NCBI GenBank assembly: GCA_027923505.1
Contig: BROI01000016.1
Location: 1 to 64,000 of the forward strand
DNA: 64,000 bases
Source: Mayamaea pseudoterrestris
Lineage: Eukaryota
Direction of reading: 5' to 3'
The translations under genes and the position numbers were made by a program. Positions 34,714 through 47,390 of this stretch are shown one piece after another (position 1 is the first letter of the stretch; every line of letters begins with the position of its first letter). The notes under the pieces are model-generated. The model had not been told where the DNA came from. It did not search any database and was given only the letters and a program-made list of their open reading frames with translations.

Positions 34714-35700
34714 ATGGCGTCCCTCCGTCCCAACAACTCCACCAACCCGCCTCCGGCTCGTCCATTTGGAGCCATGCAGCAGGCGAATGCAGCTCCCGGC
34801 GGCAATACCGCCGCCAAGAATCAGTTTGAAGCCTGGGCTCGCGAAAAGGAAACCTTCATCAAGGAAGCCGAAGCAGCCGACCGCGAGCTAGCCGAAGTCG
34901 AGAACAAGACGGCCGAGCTTCGGGCCCGCCAGCAGGAGTTGCTCGTCAAGATTCGCATTGCGAAACAAAAGGCTGGCGCCGTGGAATCCCAGAAGCAAGC
35001 CTTGATGCAGCGCAAGGAGCAATTGACCAAGCAGTATTCCATCGAGCGCACCGCCTTGGAGGAATGCGCCAAGGAGATTGAACGTTTGACGCAGGTGGAG
35101 CGTCAGGCCAAGCGCGACTTTTGCGCCAAGACCAAGGCAGCCAATGAAGAATGGGGCCGTCTCTTGAAGAAGCAGGAAACCTTGCGTATGAAGCGCTTGA
35201 TTGGAATCAATGTAGGTACGGTTCACGCCATGGCGGATCGCATGGCGGCCTCGACGGACGTGGGACCGGAGGTCAAGCAGGAAATGGAAGCAGCCGTCAG
35301 CTTGTTTGAACACGCCTTGGCCAAGTACCAGGAGACCAAGGCGCAGTTGGAGAACAAGCAGCGCATCATTGGAGAGTTGCGTGAGCGCGCCAAGTTGATT
35401 CCCATGACGAACGACTCGTCGCGCGAGCCGCAGGCAAGTAAATGGTTACAAAAGTCGTATGATTTGCAAAGATTCATGCTTATTATCTTATTTCTACACT
35501 TTCATTTACTTTCATCACAGTTTCTGACGGACGATGCCTTGGATACGCTTGAGCAAACCTGGTTGGACCGCCGCCGCAACATGGCCAAAGACGACTCATC
35601 GACTACGGAGCAAGCCATGGACAAGGATTCTGTTGGAATGGATCTCTTTTACGGGAACGGCGAGTCGCAGGAGAGTAGCGTCGCCGAGTACATTGATTAG
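34714..35700 (+). CDS. Coiled-coil hypothetical protein; probable GC-AG intron 35434-35520
   Basis: Strong codon bias, E/K/Q/A heptads, and an AT-rich in-frame 87-bp insert bounded by CAG|GCAAGT and CACAG|. Confidence 0.78.
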   Translation: MASLRPNNSTNPPPARPFGAMQQANAAPGGNTAAKNQFEAWAREKETFIKEAEAADRELAEVENKTAELRARQQELLVKIRIAKQKAGAVESQKQALMQRKEQLTKQYSIERTALEECAKEIERLTQVERQAKRDFCAKTKAANEEWGRLLKKQETLRMKRLIGINVGTVHAMADRMAASTDVGPEVKQEMEAAVSLFEHALAKYQETKAQLENKQRIIGELRERAKLIPMTNDSSREPQASKWLQKSYDLQRFMLIILFLHFHLLSSQFLTDDALDTLEQTWLDRRRNMAKDDSSTTEQAMDKDSVGMDLFYGNGESQESSVAEYID

Positions 35701-36151
35701 TATTGGTGTTTGTGGAATGAAAGTCGCTCGGCGGCAAGTTCGATGATGGATGACGGAGTCGGAGCACAATTCATCGATTTCACGCGCTTTTGGTGTCATC
35801 AAGAATATTTACGTCTATGCAATAGTTTAGTTTGAAACGTTTAAACTAAAAGTAACCAATGTTTGTATCCATGTTGCGCCGAAAGACCTTAAAAAGCGCG
35901 CGCAAGTTCGGCAAGATCCTCATGGTGATGTCACTCGGAATTCCGAAGATTCGCTGTGTCTCGGTGCGACGTTTCAGTTTCAAACGCATCGCCAATTGCG
36001 TTGCACGCACGCGCATCACGATGATGGCGGCCGACTCACACTTGCGTTCAACTCCTACGCTCATTTTCGGCCCAAGTATTGATGTATACGCTTGTTGTCA
36101 ACAACACGACTTCTCAATTCACAAGATTTATAAGGAGAGGCAACAATCATC

Positions 36152-37333
36152 ATGGGCTGCTGCGATCCTTGTGGAAACCTTGCGAGACTGTGAGTAGAGC
36201 GTCCGGAAGCAGAGGGTCGCTCATTCTTGATTATTGTCACGCCTCGTGGTGCGACGAAATAGCGATTCGACTTGAGAGAGGAGTTGGTCAAACTTGATGT
36301 TGTTTTCGGATGAAAGTTGCTCTGCATGGGAAGGATGCTGTTGCATGCGCATGAGGTGATGCTCGCCACATTCGTTGCCTCATTCATCGGCCTTCGGCCC
36401 TCGAACACACTAATGAGTCGAAAGTAGGACTTGAATGATCAAACTGAGAGTAAAGGCTTTCGGGCTTTATGCGAGGTTAATGCGATCAGCTTGCTCGTTG
36501 TCAAAGTTAATATTGGCGACAGCCGCCTTGGACGTTCGTTTTGTCCGCACCTCGCACCTGTTCCATCCTTTTGTGTATACATCTGACGCGAACTCTCACA
36601 ATCCCATCGCTACATGTCACCTTTATAGGGCAATCATTGCGCTAACAGCCATTGGAGTACGTACTTTTGCAACAAGGACGAATGATTGTCGCAAACGATT
36701 CACTCATTTGAAATGTTCTCTCTCCACTCCATGCACCTTTTTCCAAAGATTACGCTTCAAACGTTCAGCTCGAAGGAATGCGACTGGATTCGTTATACGA
36801 GTGACGAAACCGACGAATCGGGCTCATTTGGTCCTTTTTACTGGCAGCTTGTCGGGTCAAGTAACTGCACCGAGTATGGAGCATCCAATGTTGAATCCGA
36901 TACACTGCTACGGTGAGTCAACGACGAAGAACGAGTGTACACAATAGCATCGATAGCATTATATCTACAACTGACACTGCTCCTCACTTTAACCCATTTG
37001 CGTCACTTTGGTAGAGCGTCCCGATCCATGATGGTGCTTGCACTGATTTGCGCGTTTGTCGGAGGCTGCATGGTTGTCTTTGAGTTTCTTTGCTGCAAGG
37101 TTCCATGCGCTGGCTGCTTGGAAAGTCTTTCCTACGGAGCCGCCATTGTATGCAGCAGCCTCATTTACACGGCCTTTGGCAGCAAACTTTGCTACGAGAA
37201 CAGTTTTGACTGCTCATTTGGCATGGGATCGAGCTACAATCTCATGGCGCTGGCTGCTTATGGTGGAGCATGGGTAGTCTTGTGCTGTTCGCCCAAGCCA
37301 ACGCCACTGATTGGACAGTGTAGAAAGAATTGA
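36152..37333 (+). CDS. Claudin/PMP22-like four-TM protein 3; introns 36190-36628, 36657-36748, 36913-37014
   Basis: Spliced MGCCDPCGNLARLAIIALTAIG|ITLQTFSSKECDWI...FGPFY...CTEY...RASRSMMVLALI...CCSPKPTP aligns with paralogues 1 and 2. Confidence 0.75.
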
Positions 37334-37469
37334 GAAGTGACGGATAGTTGAGTTCATGAGGTTTGAAGCGATAGGATCGCCGTTCACATCTAAATTTGTA
37401 GTCGGACGACGTTGAAAACGATAGAGCATTAAGCTTAAAAATGATACATAAATTCATACAAGGGTTGCA

Positions 37470-40400
37470 CTATACAGAGATTGGATCATTAGGATTCTCA
37501 AGCACACACATATCGTTGAGGCAGGCGTAGACGTCATCGCCCGACCAAACGCCAAGCTGCTCTTGCAGGGTTTTGCGAAATGCATCATTCGCAAACATGC
37601 CCTTGATAAACGACTTGTCAGCCAAGTGCATCAAACGTGACATGACGCGTTGCGCCTTCTCTTTAGTTAAGCTTGCATCCGCAACACGTTTATCATACGC
37701 AACTTTGCCAGTCTGATCCATCTTCGTGTTCTTGAATGCGCTCGTAATGAATTCCATTCGCTTCACAGAAAGTACAGCGAAGAGTAAAGCGCGTTGGCGT
37801 TCACTATCTGAAGCCATTATTTTGCGTTCATATTGCTCATTGGCAAATGTTTCGAGAAAGGCAACATTGTCAGCGACAATGCAAAGCGGAGCGTCAATTA
37901 AATCCTCGATGAAAATTGGGATCTCGGCTTTGATTTCAGTCTGCAACCTCTTAAGCTCCGCACCGTTGACGCGGGGGTAGTTGTTCTTGACGCGAACCTT
38001 CTCGTAATCAGCCCCGTAGTCAATTTTTATCTCGATCGGCTTGTCCACTTTGAGAACAAATTCCTGCCGAAAATGTCCCAACAGGTAGTGCATCTATTTG
38101 AACCGCAAAGAATAGTAAGGCACACAGTTTCATCTGAAATTGATAAAAACACTCCAAGCACTCACCTGCCCAGCTGGATCCCTCCGTGCAATCACACATG
38201 GAATCTCGATTCCGTCAGTTTCGTTTACAAAGGGAAGAATATTGCATCGTGCAGTCTCCTTAAGCTGGCCAGTACGGACATTGTCTCCAATATCGATAAA
38301 GTCGGAACCATCCTCATCAAGCACCCCAAATGCGTAGGTGTCAGCTTTGAAATTATGAATAGAATTCTTGCAACGAAACTGCTGATGAGGCATGTAGTCC
38401 TCAGGTCGACCGTAAACACCGATGTCAAGAAATACTCCCGGAGACAGCTTGAAGCACTTTGAGTTTTTTGTACTTCGAGAGGCCGATTTACAAACTAGAA
38501 AGCATCCCAAGTTAGCTTCCACATGATTGATGGCAGATTGAGTAACAAAGAAAGTAAGTTCCCAACCATTGTACGAGAGCGTGCGGGAAGGCAGACCATT
38601 TGCGCCCAACTGTGCCCGAACTGTGCTTGGAACTCGCCAGATCGCGTAATCGTCATGGAACTTTTCGGTGTTCGTCATTGAGTATGAATGACAATACCCT
38701 AAATACCCTCCAACAGTATCGGAGTAATCGAGGTTACAAAGTGTGGTGATAGGGGTGCGACGGTCGACCGCTTCACTTTTCAATCGATTCACCGATGACT
38801 CGTTCAAACAGACTGTAAAGCGCTCCACTCCACCAGCGACGTAGCAAGCCGATATGGTCCCTTCAACAGAGCAAGGCCTGTTGTTTGCATCCCACCAATC
38901 GTGTCTGTAGTCTTTCCCCAGAAGTGGATGCTTGTCGAGTTTCTGCATGTACGCCAACCCGAAAAAGTCATTCAGCACATCGGTCATTTCCGGAGCGGCA
39001 TCATTTTTTTGGGTAAACATCGGAAAGGTTTTCCAACCATAGACCCTGCCGCCCGGACTGAAGAAGCGAAGGGACACAGAATCAAGTTTCGCGTGAGAGC
39101 TGTCGCACTCGTCGCGGTCGGTGCAAGCAACAACAGTCAATGTCCATCCTGGCCACCGCAAAGGGAGTTTTGCCTGCATGCGGCTACACAACTAAAAGAT
39201 GTAACGATGCTGAGAGAAAGAACGCTTAAGTTCGAATGAGATAAAAAGAAAGTCATCATATCGCACTCACCTTGTGCAAGCAAACAACATCCTTCGTGTT
39301 TGTCTTGCACATCAAGCATGCGCCACAATCATCCTTATCGCACATGGCACAGATACCACAAGATCCATTCTTAAGCAAACGGATATATTCTATGTAGTTG
39401 AAAGTTTTACATAGTGCGCTCTCATTGGCATCGGCCAAAGCATCATGTTGCGTCGGACACAAAACATCTGATGCGCCGCTGCGTTCGTTACGCGTACCTG
39501 TGTATTTCAGGGCACTCCCACTCCCACTTACCGCATCTTGATTGTGCTTTAATCGCCGGCCAGGCGACGATCGAAAGCCTACCTGCTTTTTCTGCTCTAC
39601 GCCCGCATGCGTGTAGAAAGCCACCACATCGACATGCTCGAGTTGCTTTCGACTGTGGTTGATAGCATTTTCGAACGAGATATACCGACGTACGCCGTTT
39701 GGAGCTAACAACACGATATACGGAGCTTGATGTTCAGGCCGAGCCATTTTATGGAAGGCAAATCTCCATCCTTTGGGAAAGCCCTTCGCAGCGAGCGCCT
39801 TTGATTCCAATGGAATTTTTTGGCACATGGTCTGTAAATGAAATAGACAGAGCGGTTAATAAGAAATCGCGAAATAGAAACACGAAATGCACGATGCATA
39901 CTACCTGAATGCAACTCGGTCCTTCTCGACAACCGTAGCAGCGAGCGCAAGGCGCCGCCGTGCAAAAGTAACAAGATCCGCATCGCTGTGTAGGAGACAT
40001 CGATGCTGCTTCGTCCTGCTTCAACAATCCTCGATCCAGTAATCCTTGCAAGGCTCCCAAATAAGCAAGATTCTCATTCGGAAAGTGTTTGATCAAATGA
40101 GTCGCAGTGTAATAATCCTGAAGAATAAAACACAGATATTTGTTAGGTTGATACTGGTCGACCCATCGAGTCAGCGAGAAGTCGTACCTTACGAGGGACA
40201 TCATGGCGTCGGTCGCCGTCTTCAAACTCCACTGATACAAAAACTGATCTACCAACGTGTCGCTTCTCTGTCACCTCGCCCCAATAGTATCGCTGTAGAG
40301 CAGTGTAAATAGATGAAACCAGTGTGAGGCAAGTCAAGTGATTAGCAGCGCAAGAGATGAGCCTTTATATGCCACAGAGCAATATATACGTACCCCTTTA

Positions 40401-41086
40401 TGCTCATCACGGTCCCATACGCAGTAAACAAGTGATCCTACTCGCACATGATGCATGTCGACTAGCAGGTCATCGTCCGCATCCTTGGGCTCGCCGCGTG
40501 CTTGACGCGCTGACACCTTTGCCGAAGCTGTACCCTTACTAAAAGCTTGCTTTGTTGCAGCCCCCATCTTTGGATTGGCGGCTGCTTGCGCAACGTTCAT
40601 TGGACTGCTGACCATTGTCTTGCGTGAAGATAGTCGCTTGTACGCGGTAGTGTTTGCGGCCATGGGGGCTTCCTTGCGCTTGGCAGCACTTGTACGTGTC
40701 GCTTCGACTTGGGCGACTCCAGCCATGGGATCCATAGTGGCGGGATACTCGTCATCCATTACTTCACTCTCGCTGTTCATTGGCTCCGCGCGAGTCGCAA
40801 AGAAGGATGATGTAACGACTTGAGGAGGAGCATGAGCTGCTGCATCAATCAAGTCTTCGTCTTTAATGTCACCGCAGATGGAAATGGCTGACGAGTCGGA
40901 TCCATCATCGCCATTGCTATTGATATTATTGCTGTTACGATTGAAGGTTTGATTCAAATGATTCATTCGGCTTGGAAGAGCAAGCGGGGAATCTCCCGCC
41001 GAGAAACCTGATGATGACTGATCATCATCATAGTCCTCAAACTGTCCATTGCTGGCCAGCGAATGCTTGAAATTATGAGCCGACAT
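37470..41086 (-). CDS. Putative chromatin protein A: Tudor-like, CXXC, MBD-like, CXXC, MBD-like, SET-like; 6 exons
   Basis: Introns 40293-40393, 40118-40187, 39832-39904, 39192-39270 and 38094-38165 are all GT-AG, phase 0, and join the ORF pieces in frame. Confidence 0.78.
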
Positions 41087-41703
41087 TGCGTCAAAATTGT
41101 CAGTATTGCGACTCGACGTTATTCAAGCAACTCTTGTAGTAGCTGCTCTTCTGTTATCGAATGGCTTGAGAGTAAGTAGAATGATTCTTGCTGGAAAACT
41201 CGGCGAAAGTTGCTGCCAAAGAACAAAATTAATCGAGAGCTTGACTGTCACAACTGAGCGATCAATGTATCACTTCAATCCTCCCAGCTTTGTACTATCG
41301 CTACAATATGCGACACCTGGAAAGAAACGTCGTCAATCTCAATACTCGCCGGCAATGGGAGGCAGGAATAATCAACAAGAAAATCTTGCGGTCGAAGCGC
41401 GCACTTGTGTCGCGCACGTGTGTGACGCCCCGATGCCGCGCCAAGATACAGTTAAAACCGCTGCGTCGTCGTTACTGTCGCGAGCGACAGTGAGCTACCG
41501 TAGGCATACGATACGATAGTTTGCGACGCCTGCCTTACGACAGCTAGCTTGATACAAAATGAATCATCAATTAGAGCAAACATACAGCTAGTGTCTTTGT
41601 CTATGTTGTGGAGTACTCGTAATCAAAACGTGTGGCGCGACTCAAGCATCACTGATGACACCCAGTGCCAGCAAGTCATGGTTTAGGTGAGAGCTGCCAC
41701 AGA

Positions 41704-44700
41704 TCAAAGGCACATTGTATCGTACCAGGCATCAAAGTCGCCAACTGTTGCTAATCCAAGAGACTTTATGATTGGTTCAAGATAAAACGGATCCGCAAGC
41801 ATGTTGTGCAACAATGATGGCGCCAGCATGTTCACCAAAATTCGTACCGCAGCCAGAATGTTTGCCTTCATGGTAGCAACGTCGATCGCGGCTGCCTCAC
41901 GATTCGCGCCCATTACCGCTACATTGTCGTCTTGGGCATTGATCTCATGCAGCAAAATAATGGCCACCAACAGTGCGCGCTGATGCGCTTCATGCTGAAC
42001 GACATGTACGCGGCGTTTGACTTGCTTGGCAAAGTTTTTCAAAAAGGCAGCATGTGCGGCGAGTACATCCGGTGTTGCGTTGACGCATGACTCAATATAG
42101 TCAGAGTCTTCTTCTTCAATTTCGCGTTTAAAAACGTCCAACTGCTTACCAGTTACGCGCGGATAGTTGTTTTTAATGCGATTCTTCTCGTACCCAGCGC
42201 GGTAGTCATTTTTCACTTCATATTGCTTGCCTGGCTCAATTTTGAATTCTACAAACTGATGGCCTAAATGGTAATGGATCTGCGCATGTATAAGGGTATC
42301 GATTGAGACGAGGAGCGTGGAAACGGAAACGAAGAACCGCCCTTATCACTTACTTGGTTAGCAGGGTCAGTTAAAGCCATGATGCATTCGATTTCGATGC
42401 CGTCCGTTTCGTTTACATAAGGCAAAATGTTCCTGCGCGCGGCTTCATTGAGATCTCCGGTAAGATCATCGCTAACATCCAAAACCCGGCGCTGCTTGCC
42501 AATGGCAGGGACATCGAATGCGTATCTGCCAGGCTTGCCCTTGTGGATAAAGTCCTTCAATTTACCAAGCGATTCAGGTATACAGTCTTCAGGTCGTCCG
42601 TAGACACCAATGTCAATAAACTCGCTGGCGGCCAGCGTCATGTACTTGAGATTTTTGGTGGCGGGTGAACAGCTTTCGCAGGTGACAAAGCATCCCAAGT
42701 TTGCCTCCTTGTGGTCAATTTTGGACCGCTTCACTTCGAATTTCAACTTCCAGCCCCGATAGAAAAGCTCACGACATGGCAAACCACTCGCATCCATGTA
42801 ATTGCGAACGCTTCCAGGCACGCCCAACGTCAAGGCACAATCGTCGGTTTTTACGGCAGGGAGCTCAAGTGAATGATGCTGAGCATACGCAGCGACACCG
42901 CTCCAAGTGCACATATGCTCAAGGCGCTGGACAGCTGAGACTGAAAACTGGCCGCCGTTGGCACTATTATGCGACTGGACATATGCGTCGTCATAGCGGA
43001 TAATGAACTGTGTCTTCGTGACATTTGTAATCGTCCCTTCGATGCATTGTAGCCGACCTTCCATATCAAGCCATTCGCGTCGAAAGCCTCGCCCCAGAAA
43101 CGGATGATTCGCAGCGCCAGTGCTCGTGATTTTGAGTCCAAACATGGCTTTGACAAATTTCGCCTTGTGCGAAGCTCCGTCGCGTCTTTTTGCAAAGGCA
43201 GGAACACTTGCCCACTTGTACACCCTACCGCCGGGGCCGCCGAAACGAATCGACACGGAGGCGAGATCTGGATGAACTACGTCTTCATTGTCTTTCTTAG
43301 TCCGGATGACAACTTTAAAACTCCAGTCCTTCCATTTTGCCAAATGCAGAGGAATCCATGGCGGCTTCATTTGGGAGCATGGCTATGTTGGCGATTAACA
43401 ATTTTTAGCATGTGGTCATATTACACATCGGAAAGCAGCAGCCATCATCCTTACCTTAAGTAGACAGACCTTGACGTTTCCTTTCATCTTGCAACCTTGG
43501 CAATTACCGCATTCACGCTTCATACAATTGGAGCAATTGCCACAACATTGATTCCGCATCGTCACGAGGCCTGTTTTGAAGTCAGCTGGCCCGACGACAC
43601 TTTTCGTGCCGCGTTTGTTCCACAGTCCCTTCTCAATCAACCCCGGCAAAGCTCCTATGTATTCGAGTTCAGCTTTGTCGCCACTGGCGACCATGAAGTC
43701 CGCAGTGTAAAAGTTCTAAGCGTGGGGGACGACGCAGGTCAGCCAACGGTAGCGCAATGGTTCATGTAATGACAGCACACCAAGACCATACCTTGGGCGG
43801 CACATTGTCTAGAGTATCGCCATCGTCAAACAAAATGGACACCGTAAACGAATTGCGATTCGCTTTCTTCGCAATTACCTTACCCCAAAAGTAGCACTGC
43901 AGGTTCGAAGGAATCGTAACTGTAAGTGAGTCTGGCGAATGAATAGAAGACAAAAATAGACCATGTCAAGACTTACTCCATCAGCCTGATCGCCTTTCCT
44001 CGTCCATTTGGCAAAGACGATTGATCCTTTTTGAACATCTTCGCTACCAGTTCCTTCTTCCATTCCCACTTCGTCCACATCCGCACCCGCGCCGTACGCA
44101 TCAGCATTGCCATCCAGTCCAAACTCCTCCTCGTCGTCATCATCCTGCAAACGCTTAGGCATGCTTTGACGGCGTCTTTTTGTTGTTACATGTGTAAGGA
44201 TGAACCGATCGGTACGGGTTCGAGACCGCTTGGCTGGCAATTGCTCTTCTTGTGTTTTTAATTCGTCACTTGCAATCGGATACGCCAACAGATCATCGTT
44301 CTTCTCGTCGGCCTCACTACCACTTTCTTCGTCTTCAAATACAGCATCCATTGCCGACGATGCATCTCCAAATTCCGATTCGCTCGTCGAGGTCATTTCA
44401 AGCTTTTGCGCAAGTGACTGTGGGGCAACAAGAGACGGAGCAGCCGCGAACAAATTGCTATTGTCACCTGGACTCATCTTCAGCAGCGACTGATTAGAGA
44501 ATATCTCGTCCAATATTTCATGGTCTAGATTGGTTTTTGGCGCTCTAGCCGACTTTGCACCGAAAAGTTCCGAGGGTCCGTCCGTGCCATGTCGAGCCGC
44601 GGTTGCCCGCGCTATTACGTCTGCACTCTGCAGCACTGAATCGCTTCCAAGTGCATGAGAATGCGCCGTCGCGGCAAATCGAGACGACTTGATGTTGTTG

Positions 44701-44858
44701 CTGCTGCAAACGGAGACTGGAGGTTCAATGTCTGATGCGACTGAAGAACGATTGTCAATTTTGTTCTCATCATTCATCGAGCTACTCTTCGCGCACTTTT
44801 CATCATTTGCAGACGAACTGACTCGATCATTCTCGATACAGGGGTTCTCCTCCAACAT
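41704..44858 (-). CDS. Putative chromatin protein B, tandem paralogue: Tudor-like, CXXC, MBD-like, SET-like; 5 exons
   Basis: Introns 43897-43976, 43716-43791, 43383-43454 and 42280-42353 lie at positions homologous to gene A. Shared EANLGCF, DIGVYGRPED, NILPYVNETDGIEI, NNYPRV. Confidence 0.78.
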
Positions 44859-45534
44859 ACTCGCTCCTGCTAATGTTGATGTCGTATATAGAATGAATTG
44901 CTTGCAATATTCTGATCTCGGCTGTACGGTAACTGTTTCTCACGCGAAAATCTTGCTCAATTTTACGACTAAGCTTGCGCAGGTCTCGCTGACGGTAAAA
45001 GTTGAATGGTGCAAACAAAAGGCAGATGTTGCAACTGAAGTGAATAAGTCGATGCGTTGCTCGTCAATAAACAACTCTTGCTTGCTAGTATCTCGTTGTT
45101 CTCGCAACGAAGAAGTGAAGATCCGCGACGCGAGAGATTTTTTGCGCGCCGTGTGCCTGGCCGGCGCGACGAGAATTGAGTACCGCTACGATTAGTCGAC
45201 ACACGAAGCACACACGCCCACATTCGCTTTACCCGTTACCGCCGTACTATTCGACGCGCGCGCGAGCCATTGAGCTCATCGTCGTCGTCTCGAGCTTGTC
45301 GATCTCCTTGTATTCTCGTCGAGGTGAGCATCATGGGGTTGTTTTATGCTGAAGAGGCGAACCAGTCGACTGAATTATTGATAGAAGGCCATGCGTAGCG
45401 CAAAATCTTCGGTTGCAGGAATCAAAGCTTTGCCTTCATCGACTGCCGTCATTGTATGAGCTTGTTTCTCAACTTCCATTTTCTTGTTTCACCTCCATTC
45501 TTCAGTCTCTAATATCAAATAAATATAATAAAAA

Positions 45535-45819
45535 ATGGGTAAGCGCACAAAGAAGGTCGGAATCACTGGTAAATACGGAACCAGATACGGTAGTACACTC
45601 CGTAAGCTTGTCCGCAAGATTGAAGTGAGTCAACATTCCACCTACCGCTGCGTCTTTTGCGGCAAGGATTCCGTCACGCGAAAGTGCGTCGGTATTTGGA
45701 AGTGCAAGTCCTGCGCCAAGGTGGTGGCGGGTGGAGCCTACACGTTGAGTACGCCAGCGGCGGTGTCGGTGCGATCCACCATTGGACGACTGCGCAAGAT
45801 GCAAACGGAGAATCCTTAA
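45535..45819 (+). CDS. RPL37A: 60S ribosomal protein eL43 (L37a)
   Basis: [24 protein letters not shown]...CVFCGK...GIWKCKSC...GGAY. Confidence 0.98.
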   Translation: MGKRTKKVGITGKYGTRYGSTLRKLVRKIEVSQHSTYRCVFCGKDSVTRKCVGIWKCKSCAKVVAGGAYTLSTPAAVSVRSTIGRLRKMQTENP

Positions 45820-46136
45820 ACGTGACATTGCAGCAGTGAATATAGAACAACCTACCATCTATCAACGCTAAAGGTTGTACTGTTAGTATTGCATTGTCTT
45901 GCTCTGTCAACGTACATGTTTGTCGACAAGACTAAAAACTTGCGCCTTGCTGTGACGGTCAATCCACAGCATCCAATCCTGAGCACCCTACGAATACATG
46001 AAACATCAGATGCATACATAAATTGCTAGAGTTGGGATGCAGGATACGTTTTGAGCTGTGAGCTGTGAGGTGCAAGCCTGGCTCGATTCATTCTTCCGTA
46101 GCGCAGCACCAGCTTATGATGATTTCCTCGTCATCA

Positions 46137-46766
46137 TCATATGGCATCCAGCCACTTGTGAAAGACACTCTCCACCTTGACTGGCGGACAGTCTGCCGGA
46201 TTCAGATTCATTCCCGCATCCTGGCCAGTCAACGCGGCCACTAGCTTTGTCACGACGGCTCGTTCCGAAAAGATCTTTTGGCACGTTTGCCCCCGATCGT
46301 TGCGCTTGGCCGTCACGAGAATCTTTTCGTCACTGTTTTGCTCGACAAAGATGCGAATCCCTCCATCCACGCCGGGCTTCTTGTCGGTTGGTTTGCGAAG
46401 AAACTTGACTTCCACGCCGCCGTTTGACGTAGGCAAATATGTCAGTGGCTGGACGGGAAGAGCGGCGGCAAACGGAAAGGATCGGATAAAAGCTTGGAGG
46501 CGATCGAAGGCATCATCTTGTGTTGGAAGCAGTTGCATGCGCAGCAAGACTTCTTGAGATTCGTAGTAGGCAAGCTCTTCATCGTCTTCGTTGGCCGATG
46601 AAGACGATGATGATGGCTGCGATGGAATGTCGCCGCTTGCTGCAAGGAATGGAAACGATGCTTGCCGAGATTGTCTACCGATAGGCACGTTCGATATGAA
46701 CCCATTGATGCATGGGAGCAGTAAAAGCAGCCACGTTATTTGGAGCGCTGTTGTTAATCGAAGCAT
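46137..46766 (-). CDS. Unknown protein with signal peptide+Phe (likely plastid-targeted), paralogue 1
   Basis: WLLLLLPCING-F; core FIRSFPFAAALPVQPL...GGVEVKFL...DGGIRIF...KRN...HKW. Confidence 0.8.
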   Translation of the reverse strand: MLRLTTALQITWLLLLLPCINGFISNVPIGRQSRQASFPFLAASGDIPSQPSSSSSSANEDDEELAYYESQEVLLRMQLLPTQDDAFDRLQAFIRSFPFAAALPVQPLTYLPTSNGGVEVKFLRKPTDKKPGVDGGIRIFVEQNSDEKILVTAKRNDRGQTCQKIFSERAVVTKLVAALTGQDAGMNLNPADCPPVKVESVFHKWLDAI

Positions 46767-47390
46767 GGTGAAGGTGAAGGAGTCATTGCATGAGCAATGA
46801 GCGACGTCGAAGAAGAAACTTCTTTGTCACGCTTCATCGCAACGGTTTTGAAATCGCACTTCATGCGCGTGCAGAAGTGAAATCAGCTAAGCTGCAAGCA
46901 CAAAGATCTCATATTTTACCATTGGCATGCGGTATGCTCGGCCAAACGCTTTCCAAAGGTTGATTGACTTGTCTGATCACTTTAAAAGTCTCAGTGATGG
47001 CAAGACAGTATTTAATTCTTGTCCAGCCTGCCAGTTCACTAGAGCCAAAAGCGGTAGGCACCTTTGAATTACTATTCCAACCACGAGAATTCTGCTCTCC
47101 TGTATGACTAAAATGGTTATATGAACCACTGACTTAACGAGTAAGTATCTTAAGTAGCGGTGTATGCTTTTTCAAGCGTCAATCAGTACGTTCACCATGA
47201 CCTGCTGTATGCAAATCCTTGCCAGGGCCTGCGCGCACCAAACACCAGCTCTTCGATCGTATACCAGTCGTCAGACAAAGCGCTTGACCGCATGCGGCTA
47301 GTGACATCGTCATGCTCAATCGTGAAAGGAACTGATCGATAATCGTCGAGGCGAAGGCAATCAAGCATTCGTCTCGTCACACCTGTTTAT

